A DNA stretch of 64,000 nucleotides from a virus: the IMG/VR virus record IMGVR_UViG_3300010048_000001, positions 41,197-105,196 of that record; one strand, 5' to 3'. Positions 27,131 through 36,375 of this stretch are shown piece by piece. Positions within the stretch are counted from its first letter, which is position 1; each line of letters begins with the position of its first letter. The notes under the pieces are model-generated. The model had not been told where the DNA came from and did no database searches. It saw nothing but the letters and a program-made list of their open reading frames with translations. Made by a program: the position numbers and the translations under genes.

Positions 27131-27451
27131 GTGAGCGTCAGGGCGGCGGTCGTGCTGCTGATAGTATCAGCGGCCCTGTGGGCGCTGTTCTTCTGGTTCG
27201 CCTTTTTTTGGTTAGCTTCACCTTCTCATGCCGGAGAGATTGCCGACTGCATCCATGACCGCGCACTCGAATGGGTAGAAAGCGGCCAGACCAGCGGTTC
27301 TCCTGATGATTTCTTCGCGGTCGCAGCGGCGGCTTGTTTAGATGACGTCGCAGACGACGACAATGCCGCCGCTGAAGTGCACGAGGGCCTTCGACGCGCC
27401 ATAGCCGAGAAGCTGGAAGAATACCTCAGAAAATTCACTCGGGAGCAGTAG
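27131..27451 (+). CDS. Membrane or secreted hypothetical protein
   Basis: GTG start coupled to the upstream stop; hydrophobic N-terminus. Confidence 0.5.
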   Translation: MSVRAAVVLLIVSAALWALFFWFAFFWLASPSHAGEIADCIHDRALEWVESGQTSGSPDDFFAVAAAACLDDVADDDNAAAEVHEGLRRAIAEKLEEYLRKFTREQ

Positions 27452-27605
27452 GGATGGAACCAATAGCTGACGTCACGGTCCGGGTGCTTGAGCTAATGCT
27501 CGACGAGCTTATCGATCAACTGCACGAAATGCCCGAAGGCGAGCAAAAGCGCGAACTTACTGAGCGCGCCAATCGGCTCGACGAAGCGCTGCTGGGGATG
27601 ACGAC

Positions 27606-27905
27606 ATGAACGAGCGGCAAACGACCGAAACATTCGATACCATCAATGAATGGCAGCGCGTGACGTTCCCGGCTGCAACACTTGACGGAGTGTTGAACCA
27701 CATCGGCGAAGAATGGCGCGAATTCCAAGACGCGATGACGGCAACGGGTAAGATTGACGAGGCGGCCGACCTAATAATTCTCTTGGCGTGCTTCATCGAT
27801 CAAATGTCTGGCGTAGGAGCGCAACGGTTCGTCGATGACAAGATGCGGCGTAACCGAGCGCGCCAATGGAACATCCAACCAGACGGGACGGGCCGGCATG
27901 TCTGA
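27606..27905 (+). CDS. DUF550/MazG-like dNTP pyrophosphohydrolase
   Basis: WQ..TFP.......HI.EE..E.......EAADL.IL....K...N.ARQW. Confidence 0.8.
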   Translation: MNERQTTETFDTINEWQRVTFPAATLDGVLNHIGEEWREFQDAMTATGKIDEAADLIILLACFIDQMSGVGAQRFVDDKMRRNRARQWNIQPDGTGRHV

Positions 27906-27914
27906 CAAGTCACC

Positions 27915-28295
27915 ATGAACCGCGTCAGCATCATAGGGCTCGCGCTTGTCGCCGGCGCGCTCTTCGCCTACGGCGCGGTGAGCGGAGACGAGCCGGCTAG
28001 GCCGCTGTGCCAGAATGGCCATCCGTCGCCACGCCGCCCCGATGTAACTTATGGGCACCTGCCGGTGCGGCCGGGCAGGGTCAGGGATCATAGGATTCCC
28101 CTTTGCTTAGGTGGCCCAGATACGGCGGCCAACATCCAATATCAGACTATTGGGGATGCAAGCGCAAAAGACATACTCGAGTGGCGCATGTGCGAGGCTT
28201 ACTGCTCCGGGAAGATCACCCTCGACAAGGCACAGGCATTCTTTGCCTCCGGCAAATGGGAGCAGGTGGTGCGCCTGAAGGAGCAGCTGCCGTGA
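27915..28295 (+). CDS. Exported HNH-like nuclease
   Basis: Signal peptide; DHRIPLCLGG.D...N.Q.Q....KD..E. Confidence 0.7.
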   Translation: MNRVSIIGLALVAGALFAYGAVSGDEPARPLCQNGHPSPRRPDVTYGHLPVRPGRVRDHRIPLCLGGPDTAANIQYQTIGDASAKDILEWRMCEAYCSGKITLDKAQAFFASGKWEQVVRLKEQLP

Positions 28296-28490
28296 GCCTC
28301 CATGAAGAAGAACAATGCAGGCTGCTAGCTGTGAAAATGGCAGAGCAATGCAACGGGCATCACGACAGAATCGTGCTTGCCGCGATCATGGCCTTGCTAG
28401 GCTACCTCGTAGATAAGCACCGCCTCGACGTCGCTGACCTGTCCCGCATGCTAGTCGCGCAGCTAGAAGAACGGCCGACGGCGCACTGAC

Positions 28491-29345
28491 ATGCCTGAAG
28501 AGACAGTGATTCGAGCCAGTGGGCTGACGTGGTACTCAGATTGCCCGCGCAGGTCCGCAAGCAATATGTTCCGCCACGAAATCGAGGCCGCGGGCTTCAA
28601 GCTGCGACAGGTGCCGCAAGACGTTGGCGCAGCAATCGGGAATGCGGTGCACAAGGCAGCTGAGGTCACGCTGGCCGAAAAGGCGCGTACCGGCGCGCTG
28701 CCGCCGGAGAGCGTGGCCAGCAACTGTGCTGCCCAAACCGTTCAGGAAGAGGTTGCTGCGGGCGTGCAGTTCGACATCAAGGGAATAACTCGGAACTTGA
28801 ACGATGCGCAGGCCCAGAGCGTAAAGATGGCTCGCGCGTACCATCGTGTCATTGCGCCGACGATCGAGCCACTGATGGTCGAGGAGCGGCTCGATGCGGA
28901 GATAGCGCCCGGCGTAATCCTATCCGGCAAGCCGGATTTAGTGGCGCGCGAGCCCAAGATGCTGCGCGACGTAAAGACGTCGAGCCGGGCTCGTCCAGGC
29001 AGCCACGCGCCGCAGATTGGGGCGTACAGCCTGCTCATCCGATCCAATGGACTCGATATCGACAGCGCCTCGGTCGACTATGTGCGTCGTACCGCGCCAG
29101 ATAAGCCGCAGCCGGATCCGATATCGGCACCGGTTCAGATAGCGCCCGCGGAGACGGCAGCGGCAAACATAATTCGCCATATACGCCATGATCTGGAAAT
29201 TTTCAGAAATGGAGACCGAGATCATAGGATCCTTTCCGGCGACGCATGGGCGTTCGCGGCGAACCCAAACAGTGTCCTATGTAGTGACCGCTTCTGCCCC
29301 GCATGGGGCACAGACTTCTGTCATGAATGGATTCCAAAGGATTAA
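28491..29345 (+). CDS. PD-(D/E)XK exonuclease (RecB/Cas4-like)
   Basis: CPR, GNAVH, SGKPDL, DVKT, QIGAY and a C-terminal CS..FCP...C. Confidence 0.85.
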   Translation: MPEETVIRASGLTWYSDCPRRSASNMFRHEIEAAGFKLRQVPQDVGAAIGNAVHKAAEVTLAEKARTGALPPESVASNCAAQTVQEEVAAGVQFDIKGITRNLNDAQAQSVKMARAYHRVIAPTIEPLMVEERLDAEIAPGVILSGKPDLVAREPKMLRDVKTSSRARPGSHAPQIGAYSLLIRSNGLDIDSASVDYVRRTAPDKPQPDPISAPVQIAPAETAAANIIRHIRHDLEIFRNGDRDHRILSGDAWAFAANPNSVLCSDRFCPAWGTDFCHEWIPKD

Positions 29346-29349
29346 GTAA

Positions 29350-30459
29350 TTGTCAGGTTTCAGACCATCGCTAGTCACGCACCGCGAAGACCAGCCGGGA
29401 CAACGGCTCCGACAGCTATTGGAAAATCCCAAGGTTGTCGAGAAATTCAAGGCGGCCGTCCCGCGGCACCTCAATCCAGAGAGGATGCTGCGTGTCTCTG
29501 CGCTGGCATTGCAGAAGACACCAAAGCTGCTCGAATGCGACCCCATGACACTGCTCGGCGCGATGATGGTTTGCGCCAGTCTCGGCATTGAGCCGAATAC
29601 GCCTCTTGGGCACGCGTACCTGATCCCCTTCGAGCGCCGGCAGAAGAACGACAGCGGTCGCTGGGTAACAGCTGGCGTAGATATCAATCTCATTATCGGA
29701 TACCGGGGCTACATCGACTTGGCGCGACGGACCGGCATGATGGTGTCACTGCACGCCGATGTCGTCTACGGGCCCGCTGGAGACATGAAGGGCGACGAGT
29801 TCTCCTTCGAGTACGGATCGAACATGCATCTGCGGCATGTGCCGATCGGAGACAACGAAGGTCGCCCGCCTGTTTGGGCATACGCCCACGCCTCGCTGAA
29901 AGACGGACAAGCGTTCGAGGTGCTCCCGTATGAGCGCGTGCTGAAGGTCCGCGATAATTCTGAGGGATATCGACATGCATTACGAGCCAAAGAGCGGCTG
30001 GATAATGGTGATAGATCGGCCCGTCGCACCTGGGAATCTGCGCCGTGGGTGGCCTTCGAGCACGAGATGGCAGCCAAGACCATGGTTCGGCGCCTTAGCA
30101 AAATGCTGCCGCTGTCCATCGAATTCGCTAATGCCGCCGCGCTCGACACGATGAGCGAGACCGGCAGCGTCGATTTCTCATCCTTCATGGACGGGGCTGA
30201 TATGAGCACAATCGACGTCACGGCGAGTGCGATCGAACAAGATACGGAGCCAGAGGAGCAGGAAAGGCGCCGCGGCCGGCCGCTGGGCAGCCGCAACAAG
30301 CCACGGCATGAGGAAACCGAGCAGCAGCAGAATTCGGAGCAAGAAGACGGTCTCCCCGACCGAGCTGCTCCGAATAGCCCCCGGGAGAACGATGACGGTC
30401 CCCCAGACCCCTCTCCCGGGGGCGCCCCTCCAAAGCCGCAAGTGAGCTTCGAGGTCTGA
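29350..30459 (+). CDS. recT: RecT family ssDNA-annealing recombinase
   Basis: PKLLEC...LLGA....LGIEP..PLGHAYLIPF, IGYRGYIDLARR, EMAAKT..RRL.K.LP. Confidence 0.92.
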   Translation: MSGFRPSLVTHREDQPGQRLRQLLENPKVVEKFKAAVPRHLNPERMLRVSALALQKTPKLLECDPMTLLGAMMVCASLGIEPNTPLGHAYLIPFERRQKNDSGRWVTAGVDINLIIGYRGYIDLARRTGMMVSLHADVVYGPAGDMKGDEFSFEYGSNMHLRHVPIGDNEGRPPVWAYAHASLKDGQAFEVLPYERVLKVRDNSEGYRHALRAKERLDNGDRSARRTWESAPWVAFEHEMAAKTMVRRLSKMLPLSIEFANAAALDTMSETGSVDFSSFMDGADMSTIDVTASAIEQDTEPEEQERRRGRPLGSRNKPRHEETEQQQNSEQEDGLPDRAAPNSPRENDDGPPDPSPGGAPPKPQVSFEV

Positions 30460-30466
30460 TACCGCC

Positions 30467-30649
30467 ATGATCGTATGCAAGGGCTTCTGTACGCACCGAG
30501 ATTGCTGGCAGGCGAAAGCAGACGAGTGCCGCGCTGGGGCAGAGGAATATCGGCGCAAAACCCCGCCGTGGAGTGACCCAGCTCAAGCTCTAGACGAGCG
30601 TGCCGACCAGTGGGAATCCATGATTAGTCGGCTGCGGATCATCCGATGA
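30467..30649 (+). CDS. Hypothetical protein
   Basis: Small ORF coupled to the next gene. Confidence 0.5.
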   Translation: MIVCKGFCTHRDCWQAKADECRAGAEEYRRKTPPWSDPAQALDERADQWESMISRLRIIR

Positions 30650-32301
30650 TTTCCATAAATATTCGCGACTACAGAGGTTGCGAGTTCGCTGACATTGAGT
30701 GCGCACCACTGGCTCTCGTCGCCGGCCGCAATGCGGTTGGCAAGTCGTCAATCGCTGGCGCGCTTGCGGCAATCCTGTCCAGCGAAGCGGTGCCGCCGGG
30801 CATCAAGAAGGGAAGCGCTGCCGCGCTGGTTCGCGCCGGCGCGAAGAACGCCATCGTCAAGATCCGCGATGACAATGGTGCCGCCTCTCTTGATTGGCCT
30901 GCCTGTGCCGCACTCCATTCGGGCCAGGCGCCACATGCAGACGAATTCGCAACCGGGATCCAGAGCCTCGTCGACCTAGACATCAAGGAACGGGCCCGGC
31001 TTCTCTCCGATCGCCTCGGCGCGGAACCTACGGCAGAGGAATTAGCCCAGGCGCTCAAAGACGCCGAGCTTGCCGGCAAATATCTCGAGCCTCTGCGGAT
31101 GAATATCGAAACGCATGGCTGGGATGGCGCGCATACCAAAGCGGCCGAGACCGGAGCCGAACTTAAGGGCCGCTGGCAGCAGGTTACAGGCGCTAACTAT
31201 GGAAAGCGGCTGGCCCAGGATTGGGTGCCGGAGGGATGGGATAACGGCCTGAGACCGCTCGGCGAGCATACACTGTTGCAGCGTGCAGAAGACGCTCGGG
31301 CCGAGCTCGAAAAAGCAATCGGCGCAACAGCAGTGTTATCATCCAATTATGAGGCGCTCAAGGCGGAGGCCGGCGAGCACGCCGCGGCAGAGGAAGCGGA
31401 GAAACAAGCTGTGCAAAGGCTGACGCAGGTTCGAGCAGCACGCGCAGCACTCCCCGCAGTGAACCAGACGACACCAATGCCGTGCCCGCATTGTGGTGGG
31501 CGGCTAGTGCTACGGCGCAAAGACAGCGCTGCGCTCGCTCTCGAGAAAGCCCCAGATGACGAATTGCTACAGGCGAAAGAGCTAAAGCAACGGCGTGAAG
31601 CCATCGCCGGCGCCGACGGCGAAATAGCCAATGCCGAAGCGGAGCACACTAAGGCGCGTGAGTGGGTCCGGCGCTCGAACGAAGCCGCAGCAGCGCTGCT
31701 GAAAGCACGTCCACCAACCGACGCGTCTGTTGACCGAGAGGCCGCGCGTCTCGCTGCCGATGATGCTCAGAACAGACTCAAGGCCTATCGTGCCAAGACG
31801 GCGGCCGCTGGCCTGGTTGCCAAGATCAACGAGAACGACAAGGTGCTCGAGATCCTTGCCCCGACCGGACTGCGAGCCCGCAAGCTGCTCAAGACACTGG
31901 ATCTCCTCAATAAGGAATTCTTTGCCCCCGTATGTGAGGCGGCAGCATGGAAGCCGGTTAGCGTCGCCGAAGATATGACACTGGCCTATGGCGGCCGGGC
32001 ATATCCGCTTCTGAGCGCATCGGAGCAATACCGGGTGCGCGTCACGACGCAGGTTGCGCTGGCGCGACTTTCCGACGCTTCGATGCTGGTGATCGATGGC
32101 GCTGACATCCTCGACGCGCAATCGCGCAGCGGGCTGTTTGCGCTGCTGACCAATGTCGGGATCCCCGCACTCATCTGCATGACGTTGCCGAGGCGGGACA
32201 CGGTCCCCGACCTCGCAGCGCTCGGCTGCGGCCACAGCTATTGGATTGAAAATGGGATCGCCGAGCGGATCGGTGCGGACAAGGCAGAGGCGGCGGAATG
32301 A
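30646..32301 (+). CDS. Rad50/SbcC-like ATPase
   Basis: Walker A GRNAVGKS, coiled coil, CPHCG zinc hook, LSASE signature, VIDGAD. Confidence 0.85.
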   Translation: MISINIRDYRGCEFADIECAPLALVAGRNAVGKSSIAGALAAILSSEAVPPGIKKGSAAALVRAGAKNAIVKIRDDNGAASLDWPACAALHSGQAPHADEFATGIQSLVDLDIKERARLLSDRLGAEPTAEELAQALKDAELAGKYLEPLRMNIETHGWDGAHTKAAETGAELKGRWQQVTGANYGKRLAQDWVPEGWDNGLRPLGEHTLLQRAEDARAELEKAIGATAVLSSNYEALKAEAGEHAAAEEAEKQAVQRLTQVRAARAALPAVNQTTPMPCPHCGGRLVLRRKDSAALALEKAPDDELLQAKELKQRREAIAGADGEIANAEAEHTKAREWVRRSNEAAAALLKARPPTDASVDREAARLAADDAQNRLKAYRAKTAAAGLVAKINENDKVLEILAPTGLRARKLLKTLDLLNKEFFAPVCEAAAWKPVSVAEDMTLAYGGRAYPLLSASEQYRVRVTTQVALARLSDASMLVIDGADILDAQSRSGLFALLTNVGIPALICMTLPRRDTVPDLAALGCGHSYWIENGIAERIGADKAEAAE

Positions 32302-32428
32302 ACGAGCATCGCGGGACCCCTTGGCTCGGGGCAATCATCGCGATTGGGATAGCTGCCGCAGCTTGGTATTTCCTGATCGGCCACGAACTCATCGCCACGC
32401 CAATCCCCGGATCGTAATGGAGACTGAC

Positions 32429-32677
32429 GTGGCTGAAACGCCACTAAGGCGCCAGGGACTCTTCCTCTGTGAGTCAGAAATCGCCCGCCGCCTCGGCGTA
32501 AGCGAGAAACGCTGGCGCGAGATTCGGGCGCGTCTTGAGCGGGAGGAGGGGCTGCCGCAAATTCATCCTCTGCTCGGTGGCCGATGCTGGCCTGCCGTCG
32601 AGGCGTGGTGCATTAGCCTCTACAAATCAGGCGGCATGGTCGCAGCGAAGGCAGATGGTGAGGAAAAATGGGACTGA
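32429..32677 (+). CDS. Excisionase-like winged-HTH protein
   Basis: EIARRLGV...W.....LE...GLP..PL.GGR.WPAV.AW ending in DGEEKW, a pattern normally found directly upstream of alphaproteobacterial phage integrases. Confidence 0.7.
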   Translation: MAETPLRRQGLFLCESEIARRLGVSEKRWREIRARLEREEGLPQIHPLLGGRCWPAVEAWCISLYKSGGMVAAKADGEEKWD

Positions 32678-32681
32678 CAGA

Positions 32682-33371
32682 ATGACTCCTACCCCCTGTA
32701 TGGCGGATTTTTCTCACAATAACCAACTGCCGTATCCGACCTACGCCGCCGATCGTATCGGCTTTGCCCAAATGGTCGCGGGGAAATGGCCATTTGTTAT
32801 GCACAAACTAACGCAAGGCGCGAGCTTCGTTGATCCAACTGTGGTCGGTCGCCTAAGCCAAGCAGCGCAAGTGCCGGGAATAAATCTAGGTGTTTTCCAC
32901 TTTATGGACGATAGCCCGATTCATTTGCAAGTCGGGAACTTTATGGGTGGCCTAATGAGGCTTGCCACGGCCCTGCCGACTGGCACATTCGTGCGCTTAG
33001 CGGTCGATAACGAGCCAGACACGATCGGGTTGCCAGTTACAGCGCAGAGCGATGCGCTTGCGGCTATGATGGCTCAAGCGATGTTTGCCGCCACAGGCAA
33101 GCGCCCACTCGTTTACGGGAATCGGTACAATTTCTTTTCGGCTAGGACGATTGGGCCAATGGCTGCGTCGCAATTATGGCTCGCCAAATACGGCCCGGAC
33201 GCGGACGCCGCCGGTTGCCCCCCAGGATGGGTCAATTGGCAGTTCCAGCAATTCAGCGATGGGTCTGTCGACACGCGGGGGCTATCGGTGCCGGGATTCG
33301 GTGGCGTCGCACTAGACATGAGTGAGTTTGCTGGATCGCTCGCCGAGGCAATCCAGACATGGACAATGTGA
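32682..33371 (+). CDS. GH25 lysozyme (muramidase)
   Basis: DFSH, KLTQG, FHF, VDNE (DxE), LVYGN, LWLAKY, QQFS, DMS. Confidence 0.85.
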   Translation: MTPTPCMADFSHNNQLPYPTYAADRIGFAQMVAGKWPFVMHKLTQGASFVDPTVVGRLSQAAQVPGINLGVFHFMDDSPIHLQVGNFMGGLMRLATALPTGTFVRLAVDNEPDTIGLPVTAQSDALAAMMAQAMFAATGKRPLVYGNRYNFFSARTIGPMAASQLWLAKYGPDADAAGCPPGWVNWQFQQFSDGSVDTRGLSVPGFGGVALDMSEFAGSLAEAIQTWTM

Positions 33372-33478
33372 CACCAGAATTCGCCGCACGACGCGGCGGG
33401 TCGTGATCGGAGCCGGAACACGGGAAATGTAGGCGACTCCGATCACGCTTCCCCACAAGGAGGAGAGCTAAGCGTATC

Positions 33479-33832
33479 ATGAAAAAAATCGTAATCGCAA
33501 CAGCTGCGGCGCTCATCAGCGGCATCGCTAGTGCCCCGAGTTGGGCCGACTGTACCAATTTCGGCGGCGAGCATCCCCCGTTTTGCGAAACAGGGACTTT
33601 CGTGGTCGATAGCGTAAACCCGGACAGATGCCTAAAGGGGCATATGTCTGACAGCGGGAACAAATACGCTCTTCAGTATAGCGCCACACCTGGGGTGGTG
33701 ATCGGTGGCGCAATAGTGGCTGAGCTTCTGTTCCACGGCGGCGATGTGAGTGTGGTGACCAAGGGACTACAAACAACCTGTGACGATGGTGGCTATTACC
33801 AGATCGTCGCGGTCCGCCGCGGCGGGTTCTAA
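33479..33832 (+). CDS. Small secreted Cys-containing protein
   Basis: SD AAGGAGG; signal peptide MKKIVIATAAALISGIASAPSWA. Confidence 0.8.
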   Translation: MKKIVIATAAALISGIASAPSWADCTNFGGEHPPFCETGTFVVDSVNPDRCLKGHMSDSGNKYALQYSATPGVVIGGAIVAELLFHGGDVSVVTKGLQTTCDDGGYYQIVAVRRGGF

Positions 33833-33892
33833 AGGACTTTTATGATGGATGGCGGCCCCGTAAAGGGGCCGTCAACACCCGAAGGACGATGG

Positions 33893-33920
33893 TTGACGAC
33901 GCGGCGGTACTTGATGTACC
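33893..33920 (+). promoter_or_regulatory. Promoter and operator upstream of the PEP-CTERM and int genes
   Basis: TTGACG (33893-33898) followed by GGTACTTGATGTACC (33906-33920). Confidence 0.6.
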
Positions 33921-33994
33921 CAAGCACGATCCGCGATGCAACCGACGTGCCGTCGGCTAAATGAAAACCTTGGAGGGGGCGATAGGAGCCATGA

Positions 33995-34621
33995 ATGAAC
34001 AATTCCATCCTCCCCATGATCGCCATGGGCGCTCTTACGATAGGGTCCGCACACGCTAGTCCGATCACACTTGGGACCAGCAACCATACGGCGACCGGCC
34101 AATTCCTGGTCTCGGCCGCCGGCGGAATAACCAGGGTATCGACAACAATGACAGGGGTGTTTGGCGTGGGCCCAGCATCCTATGCGGGAGACGTTGGCAT
34201 CTATACGTTCTCCGGCGGCATCGCTCCGTTGTTCGGCCTGCAGAGCCTGACGATCGTCTTTGGCGATGGTAACGCGGTCGTGGGGTCCGTGTCGTGGGGC
34301 AGTGGAATTATGACGAAGCAACCCGATGGTTTCTTTGCACTCGATGGTTCCTACACGGTAGGCGTTTCGGTCGGCGATGCGGCGTTCCTGGAAGATTTTC
34401 CGGTTGGCTTCATGACATCCGTCGACCTGCTAGCTGGCCCTCAGGGCGGACAGCCGGATAGCACGCCGTGGGGTTTCATCTCGAGCGGTAAGGTGATCGG
34501 AGGCGATCCGCCTGTGGATCCCAACCGGGTTCCGGAGCCGAACGCGTCCTATATCTTTCTGGCTGCGATTGGGGCAGCCGCATGGTCCGTCTCGCGGAGG
34601 CGAGATGCCGCGCAGCCCTAG
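33995..34621 (+). CDS. PEP-CTERM sorting-domain surface protein
   Basis: Signal peptide (SAHA); C-terminal VPEP, TM helix and RRR. Confidence 0.85.
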   Translation: MNNSILPMIAMGALTIGSAHASPITLGTSNHTATGQFLVSAAGGITRVSTTMTGVFGVGPASYAGDVGIYTFSGGIAPLFGLQSLTIVFGDGNAVVGSVSWGSGIMTKQPDGFFALDGSYTVGVSVGDAAFLEDFPVGFMTSVDLLAGPQGGQPDSTPWGFISSGKVIGGDPPVDPNRVPEPNASYIFLAAIGAAAWSVSRRRDAAQP

Positions 34622-35816
34622 CGATACCCCAGGCCTCGAGATAGCCGTCCGTAACGGCCGGCGCATCCCGCGGTGGCGTGCCCGCAAGGAAGCCGTGAAG
34701 CTCGGCTTCAAGCCGTCGACGCAGCGACTTAACATTGACCCCGATAATCTCGACGAGCTCGGCAAGAAATGCCGAGAGTTGTGGGCCGAGATGGAGGCCT
34801 GGCTCGACACCCAGCCGCGCACTGATGTTCCTACGTGGGACGGGACGATTGGCTGTCTGATCGAGACGTATAAGGTTGATCCGTATTCTCCGTATCAGGC
34901 ACTCTCGCACGGCTCGCGGCAGGCCTATGACTACGATCTTGGCGTACTCCTCAAAACCGTCGGGGAGCGGCGCCTCGATAAACTTACCGGCAAAGACTTC
35001 CGGCGTTGGTACGACAATCTGCGGCGGCCAGCGCAGCCCGGAGGCCCAGAGCGGATCCGTCGTGCAGCCGGCGTTATGACGATGCTGCGGATCCTCGTCG
35101 GATACGGGGTTGAGTCAGATATCGCGCATTGCGATCGCCTTAAATTGATCTTGGGCAGCATGCGGTTCAAAGGGCCCGGCCATAGGACCCAGTTCTTAAC
35201 TTACGAACAGGCGGCAGCTATAATTGCCAAGGCGCATGAGCTCGGCTTCCCGGAGATCGCCCTTGGTCAGGCGTTGCAATTCGAGGCGACACTTAGACAA
35301 AGCGACGTAATCGGCCAGTGGATCCCAGACCCTGATGCCCCGCATCGCTCACGATGGACGGGCGGGTTGTTGTGGGGACAGCACATCTCTAAGGATTACA
35401 TCCTCGAAAAACGCACTACCAAACGGGGAGTGCTGTCCCACGTCGATTTGAAGGGCTACCCGTTGGCGCTGGCCGAGCTACAGAACGTGCCGATAGAGAG
35501 GCGCGTAGGCCCGGTCATCATCGACAGCCGCACCGGAGCGCCCTTCAAGGAAGGGTTGTACGCCAGGCGCTGGAGGGTAATTGCTAGGGCTGCGGGCGTC
35601 CCAGACAACATTTGGAATCGCGACAGCCGCGCCGGCGGCGTCACTGAGGGATCAGACGCCGGGGCGGATATGGAACTTCTTCGGCATCACGCGTCACACC
35701 GGTCGCTTTCCTCGACCGAGGTTTATAGTAGACCGACCTTAGCGAAGACCACCCGTGTAGCTAAGCTGCGGCTCGCTCACCGCGAACGCAGAGCACAAGA
35801 TCGCATCAAGGACTGA
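34605..35816 (+). CDS. int: Tyrosine integrase
   Basis: SD GGAGG at 34596; LRQSD (R), KR.TK, RDSRAGG, HASH and catalytic Y in TEVYSR. Confidence 0.88.
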   Translation: MPRSPSDTPGLEIAVRNGRRIPRWRARKEAVKLGFKPSTQRLNIDPDNLDELGKKCRELWAEMEAWLDTQPRTDVPTWDGTIGCLIETYKVDPYSPYQALSHGSRQAYDYDLGVLLKTVGERRLDKLTGKDFRRWYDNLRRPAQPGGPERIRRAAGVMTMLRILVGYGVESDIAHCDRLKLILGSMRFKGPGHRTQFLTYEQAAAIIAKAHELGFPEIALGQALQFEATLRQSDVIGQWIPDPDAPHRSRWTGGLLWGQHISKDYILEKRTTKRGVLSHVDLKGYPLALAELQNVPIERRVGPVIIDSRTGAPFKEGLYARRWRVIARAAGVPDNIWNRDSRAGGVTEGSDAGADMELLRHHASHRSLSSTEVYSRPTLAKTTRVAKLRLAHRERRAQDRIKD

Positions 35817-35840
35817 CGAACGAAATAGAAACAAACAATG

Positions 35841-35969
35841 TCCACCCTAATTTCCACCCTGTCCACCCTATGCTATAGAATCCGCCACTTAATCGAGGCG
35901 TCATAAAGAGGGCCGATCTGGAGGCGGCTGTTGATTTATAACGATTTATGCTGATTTATTTTCCACCCT
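35841..35969. repeat. Putative attP with arm-type repeats
   Basis: TCCACCCT at 35841, 35853, 35862 and 35962, flanking about 90 bp that includes an AT-rich tract, immediately after int. Confidence 0.6.
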
Positions 35970-36036
35970 ACGGGCGACTTGCGGCAACAGAGAGGGACGG
36001 GTCCGGCATGCCCATTCCACTCAGCAGGAGTGCACT

Positions 36037-36330
36037 ATGTCTTATGAATCGAAGACGATCCGTGGTCCGCAAATGACCCCAACTGATGCCGAGCTAGAAA
36101 AATCAACTGATGAAAAAATCGCGGCGCAATGGCTTGGGTGGAGGATTGGGCCGACAAAACAGCGCGAAATTGCGGAGGCAATACGTTCTGCTCGCTACGA
36201 GGAGCGCGAGCGCTGCGCTAGAATTGTCGATCGCCATCCCGACGAGGCGCACCCATCTGTGTTCGATCCGGAAGAGGTGCGCGGGTGCTGTGAGGAGATG
36301 GCCGCAAGGATTAGGAGCGGCGAGAAATGA
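36037..36330 (+). CDS. Hypothetical protein
   Basis: SD AGGAG; EERERCARI motif. Confidence 0.6.
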   Translation: MSYESKTIRGPQMTPTDAELEKSTDEKIAAQWLGWRIGPTKQREIAEAIRSARYEERERCARIVDRHPDEAHPSVFDPEEVRGCCEEMAARIRSGEK

Positions 36331-36375
36331 ATACCCTAAGCAAACGCCACTTGAGGCCGTGCAGCAGGTGTCTAG

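Noticed and set aside
33840-33990. Known riboswitch upstream of the PEP-CTERM gene
   Set aside because: Hairpins are present but no recognisable aptamer core; the promoter and operator explain the region
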